A stretch of 64,000 nucleotides of DNA from Bacillota bacterium (GTDB lineage Bacteria > Bacillota > SHA-98 > UBA4971): contig JBLNDE010000038.1 in NCBI GenBank assembly GCA_050261335.1, positions 6,102 to 70,101 on the forward strand. The letters run 5' to 3'. This document shows positions 48,331 through 56,954 of the stretch, one piece after another (position 1 is the stretch's first letter; each line of letters begins with the position of its first letter). Made by a program: the position numbers and the translations under genes. The notes beneath the pieces are model-generated. The model saw only the letters and a list, made by a program, of their open reading frames with translations, did no database searches and was not told the DNA's origin.

Positions 48331-48923
48331 GTGAGCGTGGGCATTGTGGACAGACTGATACTCGTCCTGATGGACAACGTCGACATCGGCGCGTTGCCGG
48401 ACGCTGACGCGTACGGGGATGTCGGAAGCGACACGCTGCGAAATACCGCGAAGGCGGTGGGAGGGCTCGACATGCCCTTCTTTGCCCGTCTCGGCCTCGG
48501 AAATCTCGCGGAGACCTTCGGGCGAGCCGCTGGGAGGGGTGCCCGCCGTCTCCGCCCCACTTGCTGCTTGCGGGCGCATGGCCGAGAGATCCGCAGGAAA
48601 GGACACCACTCGTCGGGACGCCGGGCAACTTCACAGGGACGGAGGGGCGCCACGAAGGCGACGTGCTTGTCATGACCGCCGGCCACGGCTGCGACCCCAC
48701 GACTCCCAGCACGGATCACTCGCGGGAGTACGTCCCGCTACTCGTATACGGTAGCGCCATACGGCCGGGTGCGTTCGTTGGCACCCGCCACACGTTCGCA
48801 GACCTCGGGCGCACGGTGGCGGATCTCCTCGGCGTGCCTGCCGAGGATCCCGCCGGCGACAGCCTCAAGTCACGAGTGGTTGCTGATGCTCGTCAAGAAG
48901 CCTTTCTGTCTGGTACGAACTAA
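48331..48923 (+). pseudogene. deoB: Phosphopentomutase pseudogene (frameshifts and large internal deletion)
   Basis: Three frames: [17 protein letters not shown]; [13 protein letters not shown]; [23 protein letters not shown]. Confidence 0.85.
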
Positions 48924-49119
48924 CGCAACACGATGCGGCCAGGGGGTGCACACTTCTTACTAGTTGACGGCAACAATGTGGGAAGTGGTTCCCTTGTGAA
49001 TACCGTCCCTCCCCATGCCAGTGACGACGCTCACCCCAGGCGCCGCGGGGCTCCTGGCTATGACGCGTGCGAAGGGAAGGGTTCAGCCACGGCCTGAAGT
49101 CGAATTCCGCGACACCGGC

Positions 49120-49159
49120 ACAAAACACGAGCAGGGGCGGAGGCGCTCCCCCCTGCTCG
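49120..49159 (-). terminator. Intrinsic terminator downstream of the SASP gene
   Basis: CGAGCAGGGG...CCCCTGCTCG stem followed by TGTTTTG on the minus strand. Confidence 0.65.
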
Positions 49160-49214
49160 CTATCGCAAGCGGTTACGAGATCTGCCCAGAGATACGGGCA
49201 CCTATCGCTCCGTG

Positions 49215-49574
49215 TTACTGCTGAAGGCCAGTGGCAGTGAACCCGGCCTGCTGCCCGACGTTCTGCGCCGGAAGGCTGCCAGGCAGGTTATACGTGCCGG
49301 TCGTGCCGAGGTTGGCGCCAAGCCCGGCCCTGAAGCCCGCCTTCACGTTGACTGCGCTCTGCTCGACGAGCGATCTCTCGGCTGCCTCGATCATCCTCTT
49401 GACCATGTGGCCGCCGACCGCGCCGCACTGGGCGGAGGGGATGCTACCCCAGTAGCCACCGACGATCTGGTTGGTGGGGAAGTTGATCTCGTTCGCGATT
49501 TCGTACTTCCACTGGTCCAGGGCGTTGCCCGCCTCGACCACGAGAGCGCGGTTCCTCTTCTGTCCGCGTGCCAT
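49215..49574 (-). CDS. Alpha/beta-type small acid-soluble spore protein with C-terminal extension
   Basis: ALDQWKYEIANE, WGSIPSAQCGAVGGHMVKRMIEAAE. Confidence 0.88.
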   Translation of the reverse strand: MARGQKRNRALVVEAGNALDQWKYEIANEINFPTNQIVGGYWGSIPSAQCGAVGGHMVKRMIEAAERSLVEQSAVNVKAGFRAGLGANLGTTGTYNLPGSLPAQNVGQQAGFTATGLQQ

Positions 49575-49881
49575 TGCTATTTCACCTCGCTTTCCTTTTC
49601 TGCTGCTAGTGTTGCCTTAAGGAAAGACTGTATGTTAGCGAATGTGTGGCAGGGTTGCACATGAAGTTCCATTCCGAGAGCCGAACCAGACTCCATGACT
49701 TGCGCGTCTTGCGCGTCGTGCCTGACTCCTGGTAAGGAGGTTTCTTCAGGATATCTTGTCCAGGAAGGAACGTCGGAGTGTGTGGAGAAGTAACTCGGGC
49801 AGCCCGTTTCGGCAGTCGATCCCGGACTCGTACCTAGCGACAGCCGCAGCAATTCAAGCAGGAGGAGGCAACTCAACCACA

Positions 49882-50586
49882 GTGCGGTTTCTTTTCCAGA
49901 TGTTCTGGTCGTTCTGCAAAATCGGCGCATTTACGTTCGGCGGCGGCTACGCCATGGTCCCTCTCATCCAGAAGGAGGTCGTGGACGCCAGGAGATGGGT
50001 GACAGATGAGGAGTTCATCGATATGCTGGGCCTCGCCCAGACCGCTCCAGGGCCCGTCGCAGTGAACACCTCGGTATTCGTGGGGTACAAGAAAGCACGG
50101 TATGTGGGAGCGATCGCGGCGGTCATCGGTGCGACCCTCCCCTCGTTCCTCGTTATCCTGGCGGTGGCCGCGCTCTTCGCCGAGATCAGGCATCTTCCCG
50201 CAGCCGAGGCTGCCTTTTCCGGTGTGCGGCCGGCGGTCGTCGCACTGGTCGCGGGCGCCGCGTACAAGATCGGCAGGACGGCCATCCGTGACGTCCGCGG
50301 GATCGTCATCGGGGCGGTCGCTCTCGTCGCCATCGCGGTCTTCGACGTCCATCCCATACCGGTGATCGTGGGGTCGGCGATCGTGGGCTATCTCCTCTAC
50401 CGGAAGGACATCCAGGCAGAACCGCAGGCCGTGAGAGCGCGAACGGCCGGACCGCGAACTGAGGTGGGCGGTCCGGGACCGTCAGACCAGGTCTCTGGCG
50501 GCACAGACGAGATCGCCCACGCAGCGTCAGGTGCAGCGGACCCGCTGGACGTCGCCGGCGACGGAAAGGTGGCGAGCGCGGAATGA
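49882..50586 (+). CDS. Short-chain chromate transporter (CHR), first subunit
   Basis: KIGAFTFGGGYAM, AQTAPGP, LPSF, GVRPAVVAL; start approximate. Confidence 0.88.
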   Translation: MRFLFQMFWSFCKIGAFTFGGGYAMVPLIQKEVVDARRWVTDEEFIDMLGLAQTAPGPVAVNTSVFVGYKKARYVGAIAAVIGATLPSFLVILAVAALFAEIRHLPAAEAAFSGVRPAVVALVAGAAYKIGRTAIRDVRGIVIGAVALVAIAVFDVHPIPVIVGSAIVGYLLYRKDIQAEPQAVRARTAGPRTEVGGPGPSDQVSGGTDEIAHAASGAADPLDVAGDGKVASAE

Positions 50587-51101
50587 TGCTCCTCAGGCTT
50601 TTCCTGACGTTTGCCAAACTCGGGCTGTTCACGTTCGGCGGCGGCTACGCCATGATACCGCTCATCCAGAAGGATATCATCGTTGTCAAAGGCTGGCTGA
50701 CGATGAAGGAGTTCGTGGACATAATCGCCATCGCAGAGATGACACCGGGCCCGGTCGCCATCAACTCGGCCACGTTTGTCGGCTATAAGCTGGCAGGGGT
50801 GCCGGGGGCCGCCGCGGCCACCGTCGGAGTCATATTCCCGTCGTTTGTGATAGTGGTGACCTTCGCCACGCTCTTTCTGAGGTATAAGGACGCTCCCGCC
50901 GTGAAGGCCGTGTTCAGGGGTCTCCGCCCGGCGGTCACGGCGCTCATAGCTGCCGCAGCCATTTCGCTCGTGAAGGCTTCTTTTGTGGACGTCGCGGGAC
51001 CCATCGTCGCCATCGCTGTGCTTGTGGGCATGCTCAGGTTCGATCTGCACCCCATTCTCGCGATCGTGCTGGCGGCCGTGGTGGGAGTGGTGCTTTACTA
51101 G
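50583..51101 (+). CDS. Short-chain chromate transporter (CHR), second subunit
   Basis: KLGLFTFGGGYAM, AEMTPGPVAINSATFVG, GLRPAV. Confidence 0.92.
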   Translation: MMLLRLFLTFAKLGLFTFGGGYAMIPLIQKDIIVVKGWLTMKEFVDIIAIAEMTPGPVAINSATFVGYKLAGVPGAAAATVGVIFPSFVIVVTFATLFLRYKDAPAVKAVFRGLRPAVTALIAAAAISLVKASFVDVAGPIVAIAVLVGMLRFDLHPILAIVLAAVVGVVLY

Positions 51102-51318
51102 GTACGGCGCCACGAGTCTGCGCCACTTCTCCTGACGGTGTTGGGATTGCCGGTGCTTGCCAGGGCGGGGCGCCTGGATTTGGCAAGCCTGAATGCCAGA
51201 TCTCGCGAGGCTCACCGCACACGCCGTCCCCGCAGTGCGACACCGGCAACCCTGCAACACCGGCGACCCTGGACAGGACTTCCGCGATGAAAAGTAGCGC
51301 GGATTCATGGCGGTGTAC
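51102..51318. repeat. Long imperfect palindrome whose core is homologous to the 63-kb MITE core
   Basis: 51143-51253 aligns by eye with the reverse complement of 63205-63322; outer arms are self-complementary. Confidence 0.65.
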
Positions 51319-51437
51319 TCAGCACGGCTCATAAGTGATGCAGGGAACAGGCGAGTACGGACGCTTGACATGCCACAACCTCGGCCTCAGGGCGTGATCT
51401 ACGTTAGCTCAGATGTCAGGTGAGGGAGGAATGGCGA

Positions 51438-53702
51438 TTGAAACACCAGGGGCAACGTATCGCTGAGACGGCCGAAGCCGGTGGGGTTGGCAGCGCCGCC
51501 GATACCACGAATACCATGGATACCACGAATACCCTGGAAGCCACGAATGCCGGGAACGCCGGGAACGCCGCGAGGGTCCTCATGTCTGGAAACCAGGCCA
51601 TCGCGCGGGGTGCCTACGAGGCAGGCGTGGGCGTCGCATGTGCATATCCCGGCACTCCCAGCACCGAGATCCTGGAGCACATGCGGGCCTTCAAAGGTAT
51701 CTATGTCGAATGGTCCCCCAACGAGAAGGTGGCGCTCGAAGTCGCGCTGGGCGCCGCCGTAGCAGGTGTGAGGGCGCTTGCCGCCATGAAGCACGTGGGC
51801 CTCAACGTTGCGGCGGACCCGCTGTTCACGGCGGCATACACAGGGGTGAACGCGGGGCTCGTAATCGTGTCAGCGGACGATCCCGGCATGCATAGCTCCC
51901 AGAACGAGCAGGATAGCAGGCATTACGCAAGGTCCGCGAAGATCCCCATGCTCGAGCCGTCCGACTCGCAGGAGGCGAAGGGCTTCGTCGGGCTCGCCCT
52001 CGACATCAGCGAAAGGTTCGACACGCCCGTCATGCTCCGGACCACCACACGCGTATCGCATTCGTCAGGGGTCGTGGCGCTGGGCGCGCCCCAGGCTCTT
52101 CGGCGACTTCCGTATAAGAAGAATCCTCCGAAGTACGTGATGGTGCCTGGGCACGCCAGGTTGCGCCGCATCGAGGTGGAGGCCCGGCTGAAGGCCCTTG
52201 CGGACTTCGCCGAGGATTTCGCACACAACACCATTGAATGGAACAGCTCCCGTGTGGGGATCATCGCCAGCGGGGTAAGTTACCAGTACGCCAGGGAGGT
52301 TCTGGGGGAAAACGCATCCTACCTCAAGTTGGCGCTCACGAACCCGATCCCGGAAGGGGTTATACGGAGGTTCGCTGCGCGGGTCGACCGGCTCTACGTC
52401 GTGGAAGATCTTGACCCCTTCCTCGAGGACCATATCCGCGCGCTTGGTATACGCGTTACCGGAAAATCGCCGCGCCCCTCTACTGGCGAGCTTACGCCGG
52501 AGATGATCAGGCGGGCGATGGCAGCCGAAGGCGTTCTCGATCGTGCTGGCGCGGGGATCTACGCGCTGGGTGGCCGAGAGGGCGGCGCGGACAGGGACAG
52601 CAGCGGGACCGGCGCGCCTGCGACGGGCGGGGGTGAGAGCAGACCGGCCGCGCTCGTCACGAACGAAAGCGCCGGCGTGGAAAGCCCGGGCGCGGGCTGC
52701 GACGGGCGAGATGCTGTCGAAAGCACCTTCGTGCCCGCTCGGCCCCCGGTCATGTGCGCGGGTTGTCCGCACAGGGGCACGTTTTACGTCCTGAGGAAGC
52801 TCAAGACTGTCGCCACCGGCGACATCGGCTGCTACACCCTGGGCGTCGCTCCGCCTCTCTCAGCCCTTGACACGACCATTTGCATGGGTGCCAGCATAGG
52901 CAATGCCATAGGATTCGCTGCCGCTGCGGCCGCTATGGCTGCCGGTGCATCGACATCCGCTGCTACGGCAGCAGCGGCGGGAGCCACCGGTGAGCCGGCG
53001 ACTGCGGCCACTGCTAGGGCCGCAGATCCGACCGTGATGACCGTGTCTCCTGCCAGTGGCGCGGATGGGAATGACGCCGACGGGAAGGCCACCCGCTTCG
53101 ATGCGAGGGTGACCACGGGAGCTCCTGATACGGCGACCGACGCCGCCATTCCACGAAAACCCGTCGCCGTTATCGGCGATTCCACGTTCGTTCACTCAGG
53201 GATCACAGGTCTTGTCGACGCCGTGTACAACCGGGCGTCAATCGTCATTCTCATACTGGACAATGGGACCACGGCCATGACAGGTCATCAGAACCACCCG
53301 GCGACCGGCGTCACGCTGCGCGGCACGCCCACGCACAGGCTCAGCCTGGAAGACCTTGCCCGGGCGTGCGGCGTCGAGCACGTGGCCGTTGTGGACCCGT
53401 ATGACCTCGCCGCTACCGAGCGGGTGCTCCGGCAGGCCATGGACGCACCCGGCCCGGCGGTGGTCGTCGCGCGAAGGGAGTGCGTCCTCCTTCCCGGTGC
53501 AAGACGGTCGGACAGGTATACAATCCGCGACGACCGCTGCACGGCGTGCAAGCTCTGCCTCGGGCTCGGCTGCCCGGCCATCGAAGCCCGCGATGGGCGG
53601 CCGGTCATAATCTCAGGCTCGTGCACGGGCTGCGGGGTCTGCGCCCAGGTATGCAGATTTGACGCGATCGCGTTGCAGAAGGCAGGTGGGGATCATGAGT
53701 GA
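51438..53702 (+). CDS. iorA: Indolepyruvate ferredoxin oxidoreductase subunit alpha
   Basis: GNQAIARGA, AYPGTPSTE, MKHVGLNVAAD, RPPVMCAGCPHR, GDIGCY, GDSTF.HSG, C-terminal ferredoxin; start uncertain. Confidence 0.93.
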   Translation: MKHQGQRIAETAEAGGVGSAADTTNTMDTTNTLEATNAGNAGNAARVLMSGNQAIARGAYEAGVGVACAYPGTPSTEILEHMRAFKGIYVEWSPNEKVALEVALGAAVAGVRALAAMKHVGLNVAADPLFTAAYTGVNAGLVIVSADDPGMHSSQNEQDSRHYARSAKIPMLEPSDSQEAKGFVGLALDISERFDTPVMLRTTTRVSHSSGVVALGAPQALRRLPYKKNPPKYVMVPGHARLRRIEVEARLKALADFAEDFAHNTIEWNSSRVGIIASGVSYQYAREVLGENASYLKLALTNPIPEGVIRRFAARVDRLYVVEDLDPFLEDHIRALGIRVTGKSPRPSTGELTPEMIRRAMAAEGVLDRAGAGIYALGGREGGADRDSSGTGAPATGGGESRPAALVTNESAGVESPGAGCDGRDAVESTFVPARPPVMCAGCPHRGTFYVLRKLKTVATGDIGCYTLGVAPPLSALDTTICMGASIGNAIGFAAAAAAMAAGASTSAATAAAAGATGEPATAATARAADPTVMTVSPASGADGNDADGKATRFDARVTTGAPDTATDAAIPRKPVAVIGDSTFVHSGITGLVDAVYNRASIVILILDNGTTAMTGHQNHPATGVTLRGTPTHRLSLEDLARACGVEHVAVVDPYDLAATERVLRQAMDAPGPAVVVARRECVLLPGARRSDRYTIRDDRCTACKLCLGLGCPAIEARDGRPVIISGSCTGCGVCAQVCRFDAIALQKAGGDHE

Positions 53703-54333
53703 ACCAGCGAGAAATATCCTCATAGTCGGCGTGGGCGGACAGGGGATTCTGCTCGCCAGCAGGCTGCTGGCGAGCGCAGCCATCGAGGCGGGGTTCGACG
53801 TCAAGATCTCGGAGGTCCACGGAATGGCGCAGCGCGGAGGGAGCGTGGTGACACATGTAAGGCTGGGCGCCCGGGTGCACTCGCCCCTGGTCGAGACGGG
53901 TACCGCCGATGTAATGGTGGCGTTCGAGAAGCTGGAGGCGCTGAGGTGGCTTCCCTTTGCGAGGCCCGGGGCGACGCTCATCGTGAACGACGTGGAGATC
54001 CCTCCGCTTCCGGTCATCCTCGGCGCCGAGCGGTACCCGGTGGACATAGCCAGCAGGCTCGCCGCCGGAGGGCGATGCGTCGTCGTGGTGGACGCCGAGA
54101 CGATGGCGCGGGCGGCAGGGAACGCCAGGTGCGCGAACACTGCCATCATGGGGGTGCTCGCCCGACGCCTGGGCCCGGAGATCGCTGAGGAGCGCTGGCG
54201 GGCAGCCGTGAGCCACGTGGCGCCCCGCGGGACTGCCGACGTGAACTGGAAGGCGTTTTCCCTGGGCTACACATACACGAGTCAGAAGCAGACCACTTAT
54301 GAAGGAGCATCGTCAGATGTCTTGCGGCAGTAG
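53695..54333 (+). CDS. iorB: Indolepyruvate ferredoxin oxidoreductase subunit beta
   Basis: GVGGQGILLAS, SEVHGMAQRGGSV, FEKLEALR. Confidence 0.92.
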   Translation: MSEPARNILIVGVGGQGILLASRLLASAAIEAGFDVKISEVHGMAQRGGSVVTHVRLGARVHSPLVETGTADVMVAFEKLEALRWLPFARPGATLIVNDVEIPPLPVILGAERYPVDIASRLAAGGRCVVVVDAETMARAAGNARCANTAIMGVLARRLGPEIAEERWRAAVSHVAPRGTADVNWKAFSLGYTYTSQKQTTYEGASSDVLRQ

Positions 54334-55144
54334 CAACCATTTCGTGTCCCCACTTGTGGACTTCCATGTTCATTCCACCTTCTCTCCCGACGCGAACGAC
54401 ACGATAGATGCAATGTGTGAGGCCGCTGCGAGGGCTGGCCTCAGGGAAATCTGCTTCACAGACCACGTCGACTTCGAGCCCCGGGACGAAAGCCACGGAT
54501 ACCTGCGTTTTGACGCCTATCGGGCCGCGGTGGAGCAGGCGGCAACGAAATGGCAAGGGGTCCTGGAGGTCAGGGCAGGGGTTGAAGCAGACTACCAGAC
54601 CTGGTACACGGGCCAGGTACGGGAATTCCTCGCAGACCGGCGCCTGGACTTCGTTCTCGGGTCCGTTCACTGGGTGGACAGCCTCTCCACGACCGGCGAG
54701 ATCTTCGACCGCTATGGCCTCGAGGAGGCTTGTCGTCGCTACTTCGAGAATGTGCTCGGGCTCGCGCGGTCGGGCCTGTACGATTCGCTTGCGCACCTCG
54801 ATTTCATAAAACGCTATGCCTTCGAAAGATGCGGCGCCCTGCCCCTCGAGGCGTTTTCCGACGAGATCGAGACGATCCTGAGGGCGATCATCGAGCGAGG
54901 GACCGCGCTCGAGATAAACACGTCCGGGCTCAGGCACCCAGTGCGCGAGACTCTGCCCGGCGTCGACACGCTCAGGCTCTACCGGAGGCTCGGCGGGGAG
55001 CTCATAACGCTCGGGTCAGACGCTCATCGCACCCGGGACATGGGATTTGCCATACCGCAAGCGATCGAGCTTGCGAGATCTCTCGGGTTCCGGAACGTCA
55101 CGGTATTCCGCAATAGAAAGCCAGAATTTGTCAACATAGCCTGA
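54317..55144 (+). CDS. PHP-domain histidinol-phosphatase (HisJ family)
   Basis: DFHVHS, FTDH, GVE, GSVH, AHLD, EINTSG, GSDAH. Confidence 0.85.
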   Translation: MSCGSSNHFVSPLVDFHVHSTFSPDANDTIDAMCEAAARAGLREICFTDHVDFEPRDESHGYLRFDAYRAAVEQAATKWQGVLEVRAGVEADYQTWYTGQVREFLADRRLDFVLGSVHWVDSLSTTGEIFDRYGLEEACRRYFENVLGLARSGLYDSLAHLDFIKRYAFERCGALPLEAFSDEIETILRAIIERGTALEINTSGLRHPVRETLPGVDTLRLYRRLGGELITLGSDAHRTRDMGFAIPQAIELARSLGFRNVTVFRNRKPEFVNIA

Positions 55145-55471
55145 TGCGGCCAGCCCGGGTCAACTGTGGCAGGGGAGAGTCTCCGCGCCGCGTCAGGAAG
55201 CCAGCGTCAGGTCTTCCATCGAGCCGGTGGGCAGGCGCAGCGCCTGATGTAGGGTGCGAAATCGTCGGAGCGCGAGGAGACCCGCGGCAGGGTATGGCGC
55301 TTGCAGTAAGGTAGGCAAAGGTAGGGCACCGGTAGCAGGGGAGGACGCTGGTAGCAAGATAGGACGCTGACAGCAGGATTGGGCGCCGGCGGGCATCCAC
55401 CAGCACGACCCTCACATAGGCCGCATGCGAGCCGGGAATCATATGCGTACCAGGTGAAAGGGGGGCTTGCG

Positions 55472-55771
55472 GTGCCGGCCAGAAAGAATCGGCCTGCTAC
55501 GAAGCGCGCGGGGCGCCCGCTCGATGCGCTCAAGTACGAGGTCGCCAGGGAGATGAACCTCCCGGAAGAGGTATATCAGCATGGCTACTGGGGTAATCTT
55601 TCGTCCAGGGAATGCGGTGCCGTCGGAGGACACATGGTCAAGAGAATGATCGAGGCCGCCGAGAAAGCCATCGCTGAGCAAGTGGCAGCCGAGGCAGTGG
55701 CCGGATTCCGATCCGGCCTGGGGCTACCTGTGGGGAAGGAAAATGAAGCGGGAGCGCCACCCGAGTCGTAG
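55472..55771 (+). CDS. Alpha/beta-type small acid-soluble spore protein with C-terminal extension
   Basis: LDALKYEVAREM, WGNLSSRECGAVGGHMVKRMIEAAE; GTG start after AAAGGGGGG. Confidence 0.85.
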   Translation: MPARKNRPATKRAGRPLDALKYEVAREMNLPEEVYQHGYWGNLSSRECGAVGGHMVKRMIEAAEKAIAEQVAAEAVAGFRSGLGLPVGKENEAGAPPES

Positions 55772-56077
55772 CGCCATCCGGACTGTGACGTTACGGCGCT
55801 GCGATAGACCATCACAGGTAGCTGCGGTCCCGGCCCTGGAGAAATCCCCGGGTCGCGCGTAGTGCCGCGCACGATCAGGTTGGGGAGCCGTGGACCGCCG
55901 GAAGGGCCCGGTGCAAGAGCCTTCATTGCACCCGGCCCTTCCTTATGCCGCTGCCGCGGGACCGCCATTATGTCCTACCTTCCGCACGCAGCACTCGGCA
56001 TTGTGGGGTGGTTTCCCCGGGCTGGTGAACGTATCACGATAGGTTAACCCAATCGCGCCCGCCCCATACGTTCCCTG

Positions 56078-56106
56078 GCATATCTTTCGTTCGAAGTGTG
56101 AAACTA
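56078..56106 (+). promoter_or_regulatory. Candidate forespore (sigma-G/F-like) promoter
   Basis: GCATA-N17-GAAACTA upstream of a SASP gene. Confidence 0.35.
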
Positions 56107-56138
56107 TAGGCAGAAAACGCGAAGGGTGGTGAAGAGGA

Positions 56139-56477
56139 GTGGCACGAGGCGCGGGCAGAAGGAACCGTCCGGTTGTCCCCAGCGCCCTCGCGGGCCTCGA
56201 CAGGTTCAAGTACGAGATAGCCAATGAGCTGAACCTGCCCAGCAACATCATCAACTCAGGTTACTGGGGTAGTCTGCCCTCTGCTCAGTGCGGGGCTGTC
56301 GGCGGACACATGGTGCGCAGGATGATCGAGGCCGCCGAGCGGTCCCTCGTGGAGGGCACCGCGGCAAACGTGAAGGCTGGGTTCCAGACCGGGCTCGCTC
56401 AGGCCACCGCCCAGCAGCTCACTCAGCCCGGATATGGCGCCGGCCAGACGCAGACCGGCTACAGCCAGCCCACGTAA
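56139..56477 (+). CDS. Alpha/beta-type small acid-soluble spore protein with Gln/Thr/Gly-rich tail
   Basis: LDRFKYEIANEL, WGSLPSAQCGAVGGHMVRRMIEAAE. Confidence 0.88.
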   Translation: MARGAGRRNRPVVPSALAGLDRFKYEIANELNLPSNIINSGYWGSLPSAQCGAVGGHMVRRMIEAAERSLVEGTAANVKAGFQTGLAQATAQQLTQPGYGAGQTQTGYSQPT

Positions 56478-56503
56478 GCCAAATGTGTGATATCGGTGTT
56501 CGT

Positions 56504-56531
56504 AGCGCCCCTCCCTCGCGGAGGGGCGCTT
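56504..56531 (+). terminator. Hairpin downstream of the SASP gene
   Basis: AGCGCCCCTCC...GGAGGGGCGCT stem. Confidence 0.55.
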
Positions 56532-56704
56532 CCGTTCCGCCGACCATTCCAAGTTCCGCCGGCCATTCCAGGTTGCTTGACAGGGCATGCTTCCCTTTCC
56601 CGTGGGGAATACTGAGACTCGCCGTGAGCCTGCCGGCACGGCGCAGGCGCGCGGTTCAAAAGTCAGGGCTGTACGCGGCCCTGTGGGAAGGAAGGTGAGC
56701 ACGC

Positions 56705-56899
56705 ATGAAGAAAGATGACAAGCGCGAGTGCCCGAGGATGCCCGACAATGCCGAGGAGAGCATCAAGTGCAAGCAGTGTGGGAACATGTTCGCGGTGGGC
56801 GGCGCGTCGACGGAAGAGACGGTGTCGTGCCCTGTCTGCGGGGCGTCCATGAGCGTGGCCGACTCGCTCCGCACGAGGACCTCGAACGAGGACTACTGA
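56705..56899 (+). CDS. Small zinc-ribbon protein
   Basis: CKQC-x16-CPVC; GGAAGG RBS. Confidence 0.6.
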   Translation: MKKDDKRECPRMPDNAEESIKCKQCGNMFAVGGASTEETVSCPVCGASMSVADSLRTRTSNEDY

Positions 56900-56954
56900 G
56901 AGGGCGCGCACACGCCAGGTCGACACCACCTGCATCGACAGGAGGTCGAGAGCC

